The position numbers and the translations under genes are program-made. DNA of 57,447 bases from Pirellulales bacterium (GTDB lineage Bacteria > Planctomycetota > Planctomycetia > Pirellulales > UBA1268), in contig JBIIOK010000004.1 of assembly GCA_044336985.1 (NCBI GenBank), positions 1-57,447 on the forward strand, read 5' to 3'. This document shows, piece by piece, positions 1 to 9,500 of this stretch; the stretch's first letter is position 1, and each line of letters opens with the position of its first letter. Under the pieces are notes generated by a model. The model searched no databases. It saw only the letters and a program-made list of their open reading frames with translations, and was not told the origin of the DNA.

Positions 1-650
1 TGGAAGGCCACGAGCCAGCGGAACGTGACCGGATCGATCGAGGCATCGAGGTGCCGGAGCTGCGCTCCCGCGACGAGCTGCACGTAGGAGGCGATCACGA
101 GGCCGGCGGCCCCGACGCGGGCGGCGAAGGTGCGTGGTCCGGGCGGAGACGACGGCAGCTCAACTGCCTCGGCCTTCCGCGCCGCGCCGCGGGTGAGCGT
201 GGCGACCGCGACCGCCACGGCGAAGAAGAGCGGGCCGGTGCAGGCATGGATCTTGGCGACGGTCTTATCGTCGAGGAGTACGCGGGCGCCACCGAGCAGG
301 CCCTGCACGATCACGAGCACGACGGCCGCCGCGGTAAGGGCACGCACCGCCGGCGAGCGGCTCGTCCGCCAGACCACCGCCGCGAGCACGAGCGAGATCA
401 TCCCCACGAGCGCGCCGAGCAGCCGATGGCCGTGCTCGAGAAACAGGTCCCACGGGCCCCAAAACCACTCGGCCCAGGGAAAGAGAAACATGTTGCGGCC
501 ATACGTCGCCGGCCAATCGGGCACGGCCATCGCGGCTTCGTAGGTCGTGACGAGCGCCCCGAAACAAAGCAGCACCGCCGTCACCGCCACGAGCAGGCAG
601 GAGATGAGATGCGACCAGTTGAAGGAGCGAAGGCTTGAAATCTGAGGCAT
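1..650 (-). CDS. ctaA: Heme A synthase COX15/CtaA family (3' end runs off window)
   Basis: Not in ORF track; manual translation from ATG 650 gives hydrophobic helices with GALVTT..AAMAVPDWP, FLEHGHRLLG, VQGLLGG, KIHACTG; follows oxidase subunit I. Confidence 0.85.
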   Translation of the reverse strand, partial: MPQISSLRSFNWSHLISCLLVAVTAVLLCFGALVTTYEAAMAVPDWPATYGRNMFLFPWAEWFWGPWDLFLEHGHRLLGALVGMISLVLAAVVWRTSRSPAVRALTAAAVVLVIVQGLLGGARVLLDDKTVAKIHACTGPLFFAVAVAVATLTRGAARKAEAVELPSSPPGPRTFAARVGAAGLVIASYVQLVAGAQLRHLDASIDPVTFRWLVAF

Positions 651-712
651 GTTGTTTCTCGACCCATCACCCTCGAGCCCTCACCCTCGCCCCCTCACCC
701 ACGGGGAGACGA

Positions 713-828
713 GGGGATCGGCAGAAGCTCGACGAGCGTTAGGAACTTCCGACCTTCTGAGGAAGGAATCGCCGTAGGTCGTCAGCGGAGGAAGTTTCTC
801 CGCGAGGCGACTTCTGCCGATCCCCGAG
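713..828. repeat. Family E hairpin element, copy 1
   Basis: Perfect 15-bp inverted repeat ggggatcggcagaag (713-727) / cttctgccgatcccc (811-825); related ends at 22546-22624. Confidence 0.6.
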
Positions 829-864
829 TCGGGTTTCCAGTATTTGGGGTGGACCGCCGAAGGT

Positions 865-891
865 CCTTGCTTGCGCTGCGGGCTTCCGTAG
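865..891. repeat. Family D solo arm
   Basis: ccttgcttgcgctgcgggcttccgtag is the reverse complement of the arm at 33180-33206. Confidence 0.8.
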
Positions 892-902
892 AGATCTCCG
901 GT

Positions 903-2717
903 TCAGTGCGCGGCGGCAGCCGCAGCCGCCGCGGCCGCGTTTGGCGGGTCGGTCTGCATCAGATGATCCTTCTCCACGCCCGGCACCGAATACTCGTAGG
1001 GGCCGCGGTAGACCACCGGCTGGAAGTCGAAGTTGCCGTGGCCCGGCGGGCTCGGCGCCGTCCACTCGAGCGTGTTGGCGTTCCACGGATTCCGGCCGGC
1101 GACCGGGCCGAAGAACATGCTCCAGAAGAAGTTGATCGCGAAGATGATCTGCGAGGCGACCATGCCGATGGCGCACCATGTCATGAAGGCGTTCATCGGC
1201 TGCAGGTGATGGAACGTCTCGTAGTGGTAGGCGTCGGCGAGGCGGCGGGGGAAGCCGACGGCGCCGAGGATGTGCATCGTGAAGAAGGTGCCGTTCATGA
1301 AGATGAAGGTGAGGAAGAAGTGGACCTTCCCCCAAAACTCGTTCATCGTGCGGCCGAACATCTTCGGGAACCAGTAATAGATGCCGGCCCAGACGCCCAT
1401 CGCCGTGCCTGCGAAGAGCACGTAGTGGAAGTGGGCGACGATGAAGTAGGTGTCGTGGATGAAGATGTCGACCGGCGTGGCTGCCATGAAGATGCCCGAG
1501 AGCCCGCCGATGATGAACATCGAGACGAAGGCGAGGGCGAAGAGCATCGACGTCGTGAACTGGATCTTGCCGCCCCAGACGGTGCCCAGCCAATTGAACG
1601 TCTTCACGGCGCTCGGCAGGGCGATCATCATCGTCGACACCATGAACGTGATGCCGAGGGCCGGGTTCATGCCCGAGATGAACATGTGGTGGCCCCAGAC
1701 GATGAAGCCGAGGCCGGCGATGCCGGCGATCGAGTAGACCATCGGGCGGTAGCCGAAGAGCGGCTTGCGGGCGAACGTGGTGAGGATGTCGCTCACCATG
1801 CCCATCGCCGGCAGGATCATGATGTAGACGGCCGGGTGGCTGTAGAACCAGAAGAGGTGCTGCCAGAGGAGCGGCTGGCCGCCGCCGGTGGCCTGCATCC
1901 AGTTGTTGACGACGTTGCCTTCCGGCGAGAAGAAGCCAGTGCCGAGCGTGCGGTCGAAGAGCTGCATGAAGCCCGCGGCCGTCAGCACCGGCAGCGCGAA
2001 GGCCTGGAGCACGGCGGTGATGAACATCGCCCAGATCGTCATCGGGAGGCGAAACATCGTCATGCCGGGGGCCCGCATGAGGATGATCGTCGTCATGTAG
2101 TTGACGCTGCCGAGCATGCTCGAGACGCCCACCATCGTGAGGCCGATGAGCCAGAGCGTCTGGCCCCAGCCACTGCCGGGGGATGACGCCACGTTGGTCG
2201 AGAGCGTGGGGTAGCTCGTCCAGCCGCTGGAGGCCGCCCCGCCCTCCACAAAGAAGCTGGCTCCGAACGCGATGAAGGCCGGCCACATGAACCAGTAGGA
2301 GAGCATGTTAAGCGTCGGAAACGCCATGTCGTCGGCGCCGATCATGAGCGGGATCAGGAAGTTACCGAAGGCGCCCGCGAGGATCGGGATGATCACGAGG
2401 AAGATCATCACGGTGGCATGCATCGTGAAGAGCATCGTGTAGAACTCGGGCGCCATCTGGCCGCCCTCCTGGGCGAAGAGCTTGCCGAGCACCGGCACGT
2501 CGGACCACGGCCAGGCGATCTGCCAGCGGACGGCCAGCGCCAGGAGCCCGCCGATCAGGAACCAGACGAGCGTCGAGAAGAGGAACTGCAGGCCGATGAC
2601 CTTGTGGTCCTTCGAGAAGACATAGGTCGAGAGAAACTCGGCGACGGGCCGCGGCTTCCGCGCGGGCGGAAGGTGAGCGGTGCCGTGAGCCACAGGGGAT
2701 GCGGTGGCGGTGCTCAT
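903..2717 (-). CDS. ctaD: Cytochrome c oxidase subunit I, type A2
   Basis: FWFYSHPAVY, VWGHHM, VAHFHY; D-channel DMAFP, K-channel SAVK. Confidence 0.97.
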   Translation of the reverse strand: MSTATASPVAHGTAHLPPARKPRPVAEFLSTYVFSKDHKVIGLQFLFSTLVWFLIGGLLALAVRWQIAWPWSDVPVLGKLFAQEGGQMAPEFYTMLFTMHATVMIFLVIIPILAGAFGNFLIPLMIGADDMAFPTLNMLSYWFMWPAFIAFGASFFVEGGAASSGWTSYPTLSTNVASSPGSGWGQTLWLIGLTMVGVSSMLGSVNYMTTIILMRAPGMTMFRLPMTIWAMFITAVLQAFALPVLTAAGFMQLFDRTLGTGFFSPEGNVVNNWMQATGGGQPLLWQHLFWFYSHPAVYIMILPAMGMVSDILTTFARKPLFGYRPMVYSIAGIAGLGFIVWGHHMFISGMNPALGITFMVSTMMIALPSAVKTFNWLGTVWGGKIQFTTSMLFALAFVSMFIIGGLSGIFMAATPVDIFIHDTYFIVAHFHYVLFAGTAMGVWAGIYYWFPKMFGRTMNEFWGKVHFFLTFIFMNGTFFTMHILGAVGFPRRLADAYHYETFHHLQPMNAFMTWCAIGMVASQIIFAINFFWSMFFGPVAGRNPWNANTLEWTAPSPPGHGNFDFQPVVYRGPYEYSVPGVEKDHLMQTDPPNAAAAAAAAAAH

Positions 2718-2759
2718 GGGGATGGTCTCCTTCGGTTCGTGCCTGTCAGTTGTGTCGGA

Positions 2760-3560
2760 TCAGTTTTGGGCGACCGCTTCGGCCGGATCGGGCTCCGGTT
2801 GCGTCGCCTCTTGTCGTGCGTATTGGGTCTCGAGCCAGCGGTCGAAATCCTCGCGGGATTCCACGGTCACGCGGCCCTTCATCTTGTAGTGGCCCCAGCC
2901 GCAGAGTTCGGCACAGACGATGTCGAACTGCCCGTTTTCTGTGGCCTTGAACCACACCGGGATCTTCATGCCCGGCACGGCGTCCTGCTTGATCCGCAGG
3001 TTGGGGATGAAGAAGCTGTGGAGCACATCCATGCTCTTGAGCTGGACGAGGATGTCCTCGTCGGCCGGCACGTGCATGTCGTTGACCAGAAAGAGGTCGT
3101 CTGCCGTGCCCAGCGTGCCGTCGCGGCCCGGGTAGCGGAGCCGCCACTCGAACTGCCGGGCCACGACCTCGACCGTGGGCGCCATGGCCGGCCGCCGCAT
3201 CTTCACGTCGGCCCAGGTGTTCATCTGGTAGATCGCCAGAAAGAGCAGCGTGGCCGCCGGGATGATCGTCCAAACCACCTCGAGCGTGTGGCTGCCGTGG
3301 ATGTATTTCGCCGGACCGTTGTTCTTGGCGGCGTCGTACTTCCAAAGGAACCAGAAAAGCATCACCTCCGTGGCGATGAAGACCACTCCCGTCAGCCCCA
3401 GGATGAAGTAAAAGAGGCCGTCGATCGCCTTGCCGTGCTCCGAGACGTCCTTTGGCAGCCAGACGTCGATGGCCGGCGCGATGGCGAAGGTCGCCACGCC
3501 GAGCACCGGAACGGCGAGAAACAACAGGCTCCAGAAGATTCCTGAGAAGCGGCTGCCCAC
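2760..3560 (-). CDS. ctaC: Cytochrome c oxidase subunit II (no fused cytochrome c)
   Basis: LEVVWTIIP helix; CuA motifs DVLHSF and CAELCGWGHYKM. Confidence 0.95.
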   Translation of the reverse strand: MGSRFSGIFWSLLFLAVPVLGVATFAIAPAIDVWLPKDVSEHGKAIDGLFYFILGLTGVVFIATEVMLFWFLWKYDAAKNNGPAKYIHGSHTLEVVWTIIPAATLLFLAIYQMNTWADVKMRRPAMAPTVEVVARQFEWRLRYPGRDGTLGTADDLFLVNDMHVPADEDILVQLKSMDVLHSFFIPNLRIKQDAVPGMKIPVWFKATENGQFDIVCAELCGWGHYKMKGRVTVESREDFDRWLETQYARQEATQPEPDPAEAVAQN

Positions 3561-3599
3561 TGGTTTGGTCTCCTGCCGGATGCGTGTCGGGGAATGCGT

Positions 3600-4850
3600 T
3601 CAGAATCGGTCGCGGGCGACCATCGGGCGGTCGGCCCCGAGCTCGCCGTCGAGCTCGTAGGGAAGCGAACGGACGTAGTTGACGATGTGCCAGATGTCTT
3701 CGGGCGAAATCGTGCCCTTCGCCGCGGGCATCGGTGCGCCGTTGATGCCGGCATGGATGCGGTAGTAGAGGTCGAGCGGGCGGCGGCCGCCGCGGTAGAT
3801 GCCCTGCCGCAGGTTGCGGGGCGGGATCGTCCGCGGCGCGAGCGCGTCGCCGTCCAGGACGGCGTGGAACTTGTCGAGCCAGGCGAGCTGGGCCCGGTAT
3901 TCGGCGGCCTCGTCGGGGCTCATGCCCGCCGTGCTTGTTTCCTTCGCCTTGGAAGAGGTGCTCTTCACCTCCTTGTCGATCTCGACGATCGCCTTGTTCC
4001 AGTCGTCGTAGTCGTTGGCCTGGCCGTCACCGAGGCCGGTGACGCCGTGGCACTTCACACAGTTGGCCTTGTCGCCGTAGAAGAGCTCCTTGCCCTTGGC
4101 GATCGAGGCGACGAGGTCGATGTCGGCCGGCATCTCAGGCACGGCGATCCGCGCGTCGGCGGCCGCCTTCCACTTTTCGGCGACGGGCGCGAGCGTCTCG
4201 TCAACGAGAAATTCACGGGTCTCGGGGAGATTGCCCTGGGCATCGTCATCGAGTTCGAAGAATGCCCGCATGAGCGCGAGCTCCGTCTCGCCGCGGATGC
4301 TCAGGTACTTCACGTATTCCGCAAGGGCTTCCACCTGGGCCTCGGGCAGGAGCGCGAACGACGGCATCGACGTGCCTGCGATGCCTTTGTGGAGAATGCG
4401 GACGAGATCGGCGTGGGTCGGCTTGTCGGCCCGCTCCGTGCTCTTGAACTTGAAGACACCGGGGCGGTAATCGCGCGGGTAGGGGTTCAGGAAGGCGGCC
4501 GTCGGCCCGAGCCCATCGCCGGTGATGCCGTGGCAGTGGGCGCAGTGCTCGCGATAGAGGCCGTTCTTGCGGCCGACGATGTCGCTGCGGACGGGGCCGG
4601 CTGCCAGCCGCAGTTTCGCCTCATCGAGGCCCGTTTCGGGCAGGGCGACCGGATCGTCGGGCGTGCCGAACATCGCCAGGAGCACCGTGGCGACCTGCTT
4701 CTCCTGCGCCGGCGTCAGCCGCTGCTTCGTGGCCTCCACCATGTTGGGGCGAAAGGATGCAGCGGGCGTCGTGCCGCAGCCGACGGCAACGACGAGGCAG
4801 CCGAGCGAACAGGCGATCCAAAGCGGGCGGAGGGAGTATGCCATGGTCAT
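3600..4850 (-). CDS. Diheme cytochrome c, probable lipoprotein
   Basis: CAHCH and CVKCH, each followed by a distal MP motif; lipobox-like VAVGC; start moved to ATG 4850 (4844 also possible). Confidence 0.88.
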   Translation of the reverse strand: MTMAYSLRPLWIACSLGCLVVAVGCGTTPAASFRPNMVEATKQRLTPAQEKQVATVLLAMFGTPDDPVALPETGLDEAKLRLAAGPVRSDIVGRKNGLYREHCAHCHGITGDGLGPTAAFLNPYPRDYRPGVFKFKSTERADKPTHADLVRILHKGIAGTSMPSFALLPEAQVEALAEYVKYLSIRGETELALMRAFFELDDDAQGNLPETREFLVDETLAPVAEKWKAAADARIAVPEMPADIDLVASIAKGKELFYGDKANCVKCHGVTGLGDGQANDYDDWNKAIVEIDKEVKSTSSKAKETSTAGMSPDEAAEYRAQLAWLDKFHAVLDGDALAPRTIPPRNLRQGIYRGGRRPLDLYYRIHAGINGAPMPAAKGTISPEDIWHIVNYVRSLPYELDGELGADRPMVARDRF

Positions 4851-4864
4851 GCGCGGGGTTGTTA

Positions 4865-5758
4865 TCAGGTGCCGATGGCGGATGCCGGAACCTCGAGGGT
4901 TCCGAGATCCTTGACTTCGTCTTGTTCGAGCTTGATCTGAAAGCGGCCCTTGGGCGTCCACTTGAGGTCGGGTTTGTCGAGCCCGACGGCGCCGTTGGGA
5001 CCCGTGGACCGTTCGTGCCAGACCTGCAGTTCGATCGTCTCGCCGGCCGGCAGATCGGGGATCGAGAAGGAGCCGTCAGCCGCCGTCACGGCCACGTAGC
5101 CGTCCTTGCGAAAAACAGCGTAGGCCTTCATCCATGGATGGATGTTGCAGGTGACCATCGTCGGCATGCCGGTCTCGCTCTCCGGCTTGTAGATGGTCCC
5201 CTGCCCCGCCGGGACGAGCTGATTGAACGCCGTTCCCGCGATGTTGGTGTTGTGGCCGATCGGGTCGCTATTCCTGACATCGATCGGCTGCCCGACGCGG
5301 GCGGCAAACACGGGGGCGAGAAACTCGCACTGCTTCTGGTCGAAGACCAGCGGCGTTTCCGGAACGGGGTTTTTCACGCGGCTCGCCTTCCGGGCGAAGA
5401 CGACGACGTTTGCCAGGCCCTTCGTCGATGGGTCGACGAGCAGCGACCGGTCGAGCAGCTTCATGCCGGCCTTGGAGCAGACCTCGGTATCTTTGTCGGC
5501 GACGAGCGGCTTGGGGGCGCCGGGATCACCCGCGAAGACGAATCGCCCCTTGAGCGTGCCCCAGCCGGTACCGGTGGAGGCGGCGGCCTCGCCGGTCGCA
5601 GCTGCACCGCCAGTGCTCGCGAGCGTGACTCGCAATTGCTTCGCGGCCTCGGCGTCAGCCGTGGGGGCTGCGACGCGATCGGCCGTGCACCCGGAGGCGA
5701 CGGTGATCGCTGCCGCGAGACAGACGACGGAAAAACTACTTGTTGAACAGGCTTGCAT
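4865..5758 (-). CDS. Exported cupredoxin-like / carboxypeptidase-regulatory-like domain protein, probable lipoprotein (paralogue 2)
   Basis: Lipobox-like VASGC; WGTLKGRF; GHNTN...CNIHPWM; ADGSFSI. Confidence 0.75.
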   Translation of the reverse strand: MQACSTSSFSVVCLAAAITVASGCTADRVAAPTADAEAAKQLRVTLASTGGAAATGEAAASTGTGWGTLKGRFVFAGDPGAPKPLVADKDTEVCSKAGMKLLDRSLLVDPSTKGLANVVVFARKASRVKNPVPETPLVFDQKQCEFLAPVFAARVGQPIDVRNSDPIGHNTNIAGTAFNQLVPAGQGTIYKPESETGMPTMVTCNIHPWMKAYAVFRKDGYVAVTAADGSFSIPDLPAGETIELQVWHERSTGPNGAVGLDKPDLKWTPKGRFQIKLEQDEVKDLGTLEVPASAIGT

Positions 5759-6518
5759 CGAGAACCATCTCTCCCAGATCGTTGTCGCCGGCGGCGACCT
5801 TCACCTTCTTGCGTCCCTTGGCGATCTTCTCGGCCTTGCCGCCGACCGTGACCTCGCCGATGTAGCCGGCCTTTTCGTGCCAGAGTTGCAGTTCGAGCTC
5901 GCCGCCGGCCGGAACATTCTTGATCTCGAACGAGCCGTCGGCCTTGGAGACGGCCGCATATGGATTGGGCCGCACGACGAGCCACGACTTCATCCACGGG
6001 TGGATGTTGCAGGTCACCTGCGCGGGGATCGCCTCGTCGTTCGAGAACGTGATCGTCGTCTCGCCGCCGGCGGGGATCAGGCTGTTGGAAGGCGGGTTCT
6101 TGATCGTGGCGACGTTGCTGTTGTGACCGACGGTGTCGGAATTCTTGAGCACGAGCGTCTGTCCGGTCTGCACGAACGCGACGTGCGGGTTGAACCGGCA
6201 GTCCTTGTTGTCGAGGAGGATCTTCTCGCTCTTCGTGGCAGCGAGGTCGGGGTGAACCTTGACGGCCTTGTCGCGGACGAAGACGACGACGTTGGCCACG
6301 CCCTTGTCGGCGCCGACGACCATCTCCTCGCTGAGCAGTTTGTGCTTGCCACACACCTCGACGTCCTTATCGGCCTTCAGTTCGGAGGCCGTGGGCGCGG
6401 CGCCGCCGAACGTGAAGCGGCCCTTGAGCGTGCCCCACTCTTCCGCCGAAGCGGCGAAAGGACAGGCGGCGAACGCGACGGCAGCCATCGTGGCGACAGC
6501 GGGCAGGCGGAAGATCAT
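5736..6518 (-). CDS. Exported cupredoxin-like / carboxypeptidase-regulatory-like domain protein (paralogue 1)
   Basis: ATG 6518 with GGAG RBS; signal peptide ending ASA; WGTLKGRF; GHNSN...CNIHPWM. Confidence 0.78.
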   Translation of the reverse strand: MIFRLPAVATMAAVAFAACPFAASAEEWGTLKGRFTFGGAAPTASELKADKDVEVCGKHKLLSEEMVVGADKGVANVVVFVRDKAVKVHPDLAATKSEKILLDNKDCRFNPHVAFVQTGQTLVLKNSDTVGHNSNVATIKNPPSNSLIPAGGETTITFSNDEAIPAQVTCNIHPWMKSWLVVRPNPYAAVSKADGSFEIKNVPAGGELELQLWHEKAGYIGEVTVGGKAEKIAKGRKKVKVAAGDNDLGEMVLDASLFNK

Positions 6519-6568
6519 GGCTCTTCTCCGAAGTGGCAAAGGGGCGATCGGCGGAATGAACCGCCACA

Positions 6569-9500
6569 TCAGTTTAGCGCGACGCCCGGCTGGCGGGAGA
6601 CGTTCTGGCGGGGGGCTGGCGGTTGGGACGCATTTGGCGGGGACTCTTGGCCGGCAGGGACGGCCGCCGACGGCCGAGCGGTGGCCGGGGCCGCCGGAGT
6701 CTGCCGGAGATAGGCCTCGAGCGAGAGGCTGCGCTTGGCGAACAGGTCGTAGTGCATGAGCAGGTCGGTGAGCGCGTCGAGCTGCTGCTCGCTCGTGCCC
6801 CGGTAGAGGTCCTGGCTCACCGGCTTGTCGAACGGAATGTTCACGGGCATGCCCGTGTAGGGCAGGAACCGCTTCGGATTGGCGATCCAGTCGTGGACAT
6901 ACCCTGGCCGCAGCCGTTCGTGCACCCGCTCGAGCTGCGGGGCAAGCGCCTTGGGATTGCCCGGCGGGGCATAACTCCCCACGAGGTGGCACTTCACGCA
7001 GTAATTGTTGTTGGTGACGATCTTCATCGCGCCATCGAGATGGCCCGGTGCAGACTGCTCCTTCGCCATGACCGAAGACTCGTCGAGCCGCGGATCGTAG
7101 ACATACGGATATTCGGACCCGTCCACCGCGGCGAAGTAGTTGACGAGCGCCGCCGCCTCCGACGACTGGAAGTTGAACTTCGGCATCCTCATCACGGCGG
7201 GCGGCCGGATCGGATGCGGGTTGAGCAGGAACTTGTGCAGCCAGCCCGACTGCACCTTGCGTCCCTCACCGACGAGCGGCGGAGGCAGCCAGCCCCAGGC
7301 GTCATCCGGCTTCACGTTCGGATTCACCTGCTTCTCGTCGGCAATGACCACCGGGAAAAGCTGGCGGGCGAGGTCGCCACCGCGGGCCGGGTAATGCTTG
7401 CCGGCGTGGATCGCATTCTCCGGCACCATGATGTTTTGTCCGCCCACGATGCGGGCCTCGCCGTCCACGAGCGCGTCGTGCCAGAGCATCACCTGCCGGT
7501 GGGGAACGACTTCGGTGTCGCCTTCTTCGACCGGAACGCCATCCTCATCGACGAGCTGCGGCTTGCCGGTGACAGGGTCGAGTACCGGCATGCCGACGAG
7601 CGTCGTATGGCGGCGGCCCTGGCGGTCGGTGACGAGCGATTTCTCGGCCTGTTGCGGCGTGAAGTGAGGCGACAGGAATGGGTAGTCGGCCACGGCCTGG
7701 GCCGGACCGAGCGATTCGGGCTGGTAGCGGAGATCCCAGCGATCCATCTGCAGAGTATGGCAGCCGCCGCAGTTGTAGCGTTCGGCCACGACGAGCCCGT
7801 TCAGACGGGCCTCCTCGCGGGGCGACGGCTTGTAGATGAACTGTGGAGCCGGTGGCTCGGCCACCAGGCCGAGCACGAACGTCATCACCGCCTCGCGCTG
7901 TTCCGCGTTGAACGGGAACTGCGGCATGCGATACCGCTCGTTGTAGCTCTTGTTCTCCGCCTTCTTGTAGTCGTAACTCCGCGGCTGGCGCAGCTTCTGC
8001 CAGAGGAAGCCCTCGCGCTCGTGGGCGAGGAGCTTTTCGAGGAAGAAGCCCGTGTCGGGATCGACCGATTCCGGCGTCACATGCTTGGCGGCGGGCGCAG
8101 CGTAGGCGAGTTCCGGGGCCAGCGGCTCGTCGGCCGGCGACTTCCCGTCGGCGGCGTGCGGGGCCTCGGAGGCATGCCCGTGATGGCCGGCGGAACCGTG
8201 GTGCCCGCCCGCACCGTGGCCGTGCTCGAGCTGGTGCATCACGAAGTGGGCGGCCTGCTCGAAGGCGATCTTTGAGGGCTCCTTGCGGCCCCAGTCGGCG
8301 AGCGCCGCCCCTGCCGCCTTTCCATCCTCGAAGCCCGGGATGTCGTGGCAGGAGTAGCAGGCGAGCTTGGCGATCGTCTTCTTGCCGATGTAGTTGAGCA
8401 GCGTGGCATCGCGTTGCGGTCCGGCCAGGCCGGCGAGCATCCGCTCGTCGCCCTGGATCGTGGCCTGCTCCGGTCCGAGCCCGTTCTTCAGAACCTGCTC
8501 GGCCTTGGCGGCCGTGAAGCGATCCTTCAGATACATGAGCGCGAGCTCTTCCGTCGCCTTCCGTTCCTCGGCGGTGAGCGAGTTGGCCGCCGGCACGTCG
8601 GCCGGCTTCCAGTTTTCCGTCGAGCCCATGAGGTAGGCCGTGGCGTCGGCGGCGGGATCGCTCACCTTGCCGTCGGCGAGTGTCACCGGCTCGAGCAGGA
8701 CGTTCGGCATGATCGTCTTGGGGTGGTAGCGCGCCGGCTCACGCAGCCAGCTGTAGAGCCAGGCCGGACCGTTGGGATGCGATGCCGTCTTGGCGCCGAT
8801 CCGCGAGAGATTCGGGCCGTGGGTGCTCTTCGACTCGGGGAAGTCGGCGTGCTGGTGGCAGGCAAGGCAGCCGCGGACCTGGAACACCTTTCGGCCGCGC
8901 TCCACGTCCGGAGCCGCGGTGATCCCCTCGTAGGGCTTCACATACTCGAACGGCGCGCTCGCCGCGAGCATGTAGTTGATCATCGAGCGGATCTCGATCG
9001 GCTCATAGCGCTTCGACTCCTCGAGCCCCTTGCCTTCGAGGTGCTCCCAGAGCCCGAAGAACCGCGGCATCTTCGTCGAGGGGCGGAAGTCCTGCGGATT
9101 GCGGAGCCAGGAATAGAGCCAGTCGAAGCCGACCTTGCTCGCCACGTGCCGCAGGCTCGGGCCGACCTTGGGCAGCGTGCCGGGCGTCTCCGGATCCTTC
9201 AGGATCGCCGCCAATTCGTGGGAACGCTTCGAGAGCTTGGCATCGCCGCCGGCGGCCGCGTCGCGTTCGATCGCATCGCGCAGCCGCTCCCGCGAAGCGG
9301 AGCCATCGGGGCTGGAGCGGACGTCCTCCACCCAGCGGGCCACGGTGTCGCCCATGGACGCAAGGCCCGGATCGACCGCGAGGGCCTCGGCCACCTCGTG
9401 GAAGTTGGGCGCCAGACGCATGTCGGGGCCGATTCGCTTCTCGGGGCCGGACCAGCCGTTGATTTCGTGGCAGCCATAGCAGCCATACTGCCGGATCACA

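Noticed and set aside
678-717. ccctcaccc...ggggagacgagggg palindrome before ctaA
   Set aside because: Single degenerate copy in this window; cannot be supported as a family here
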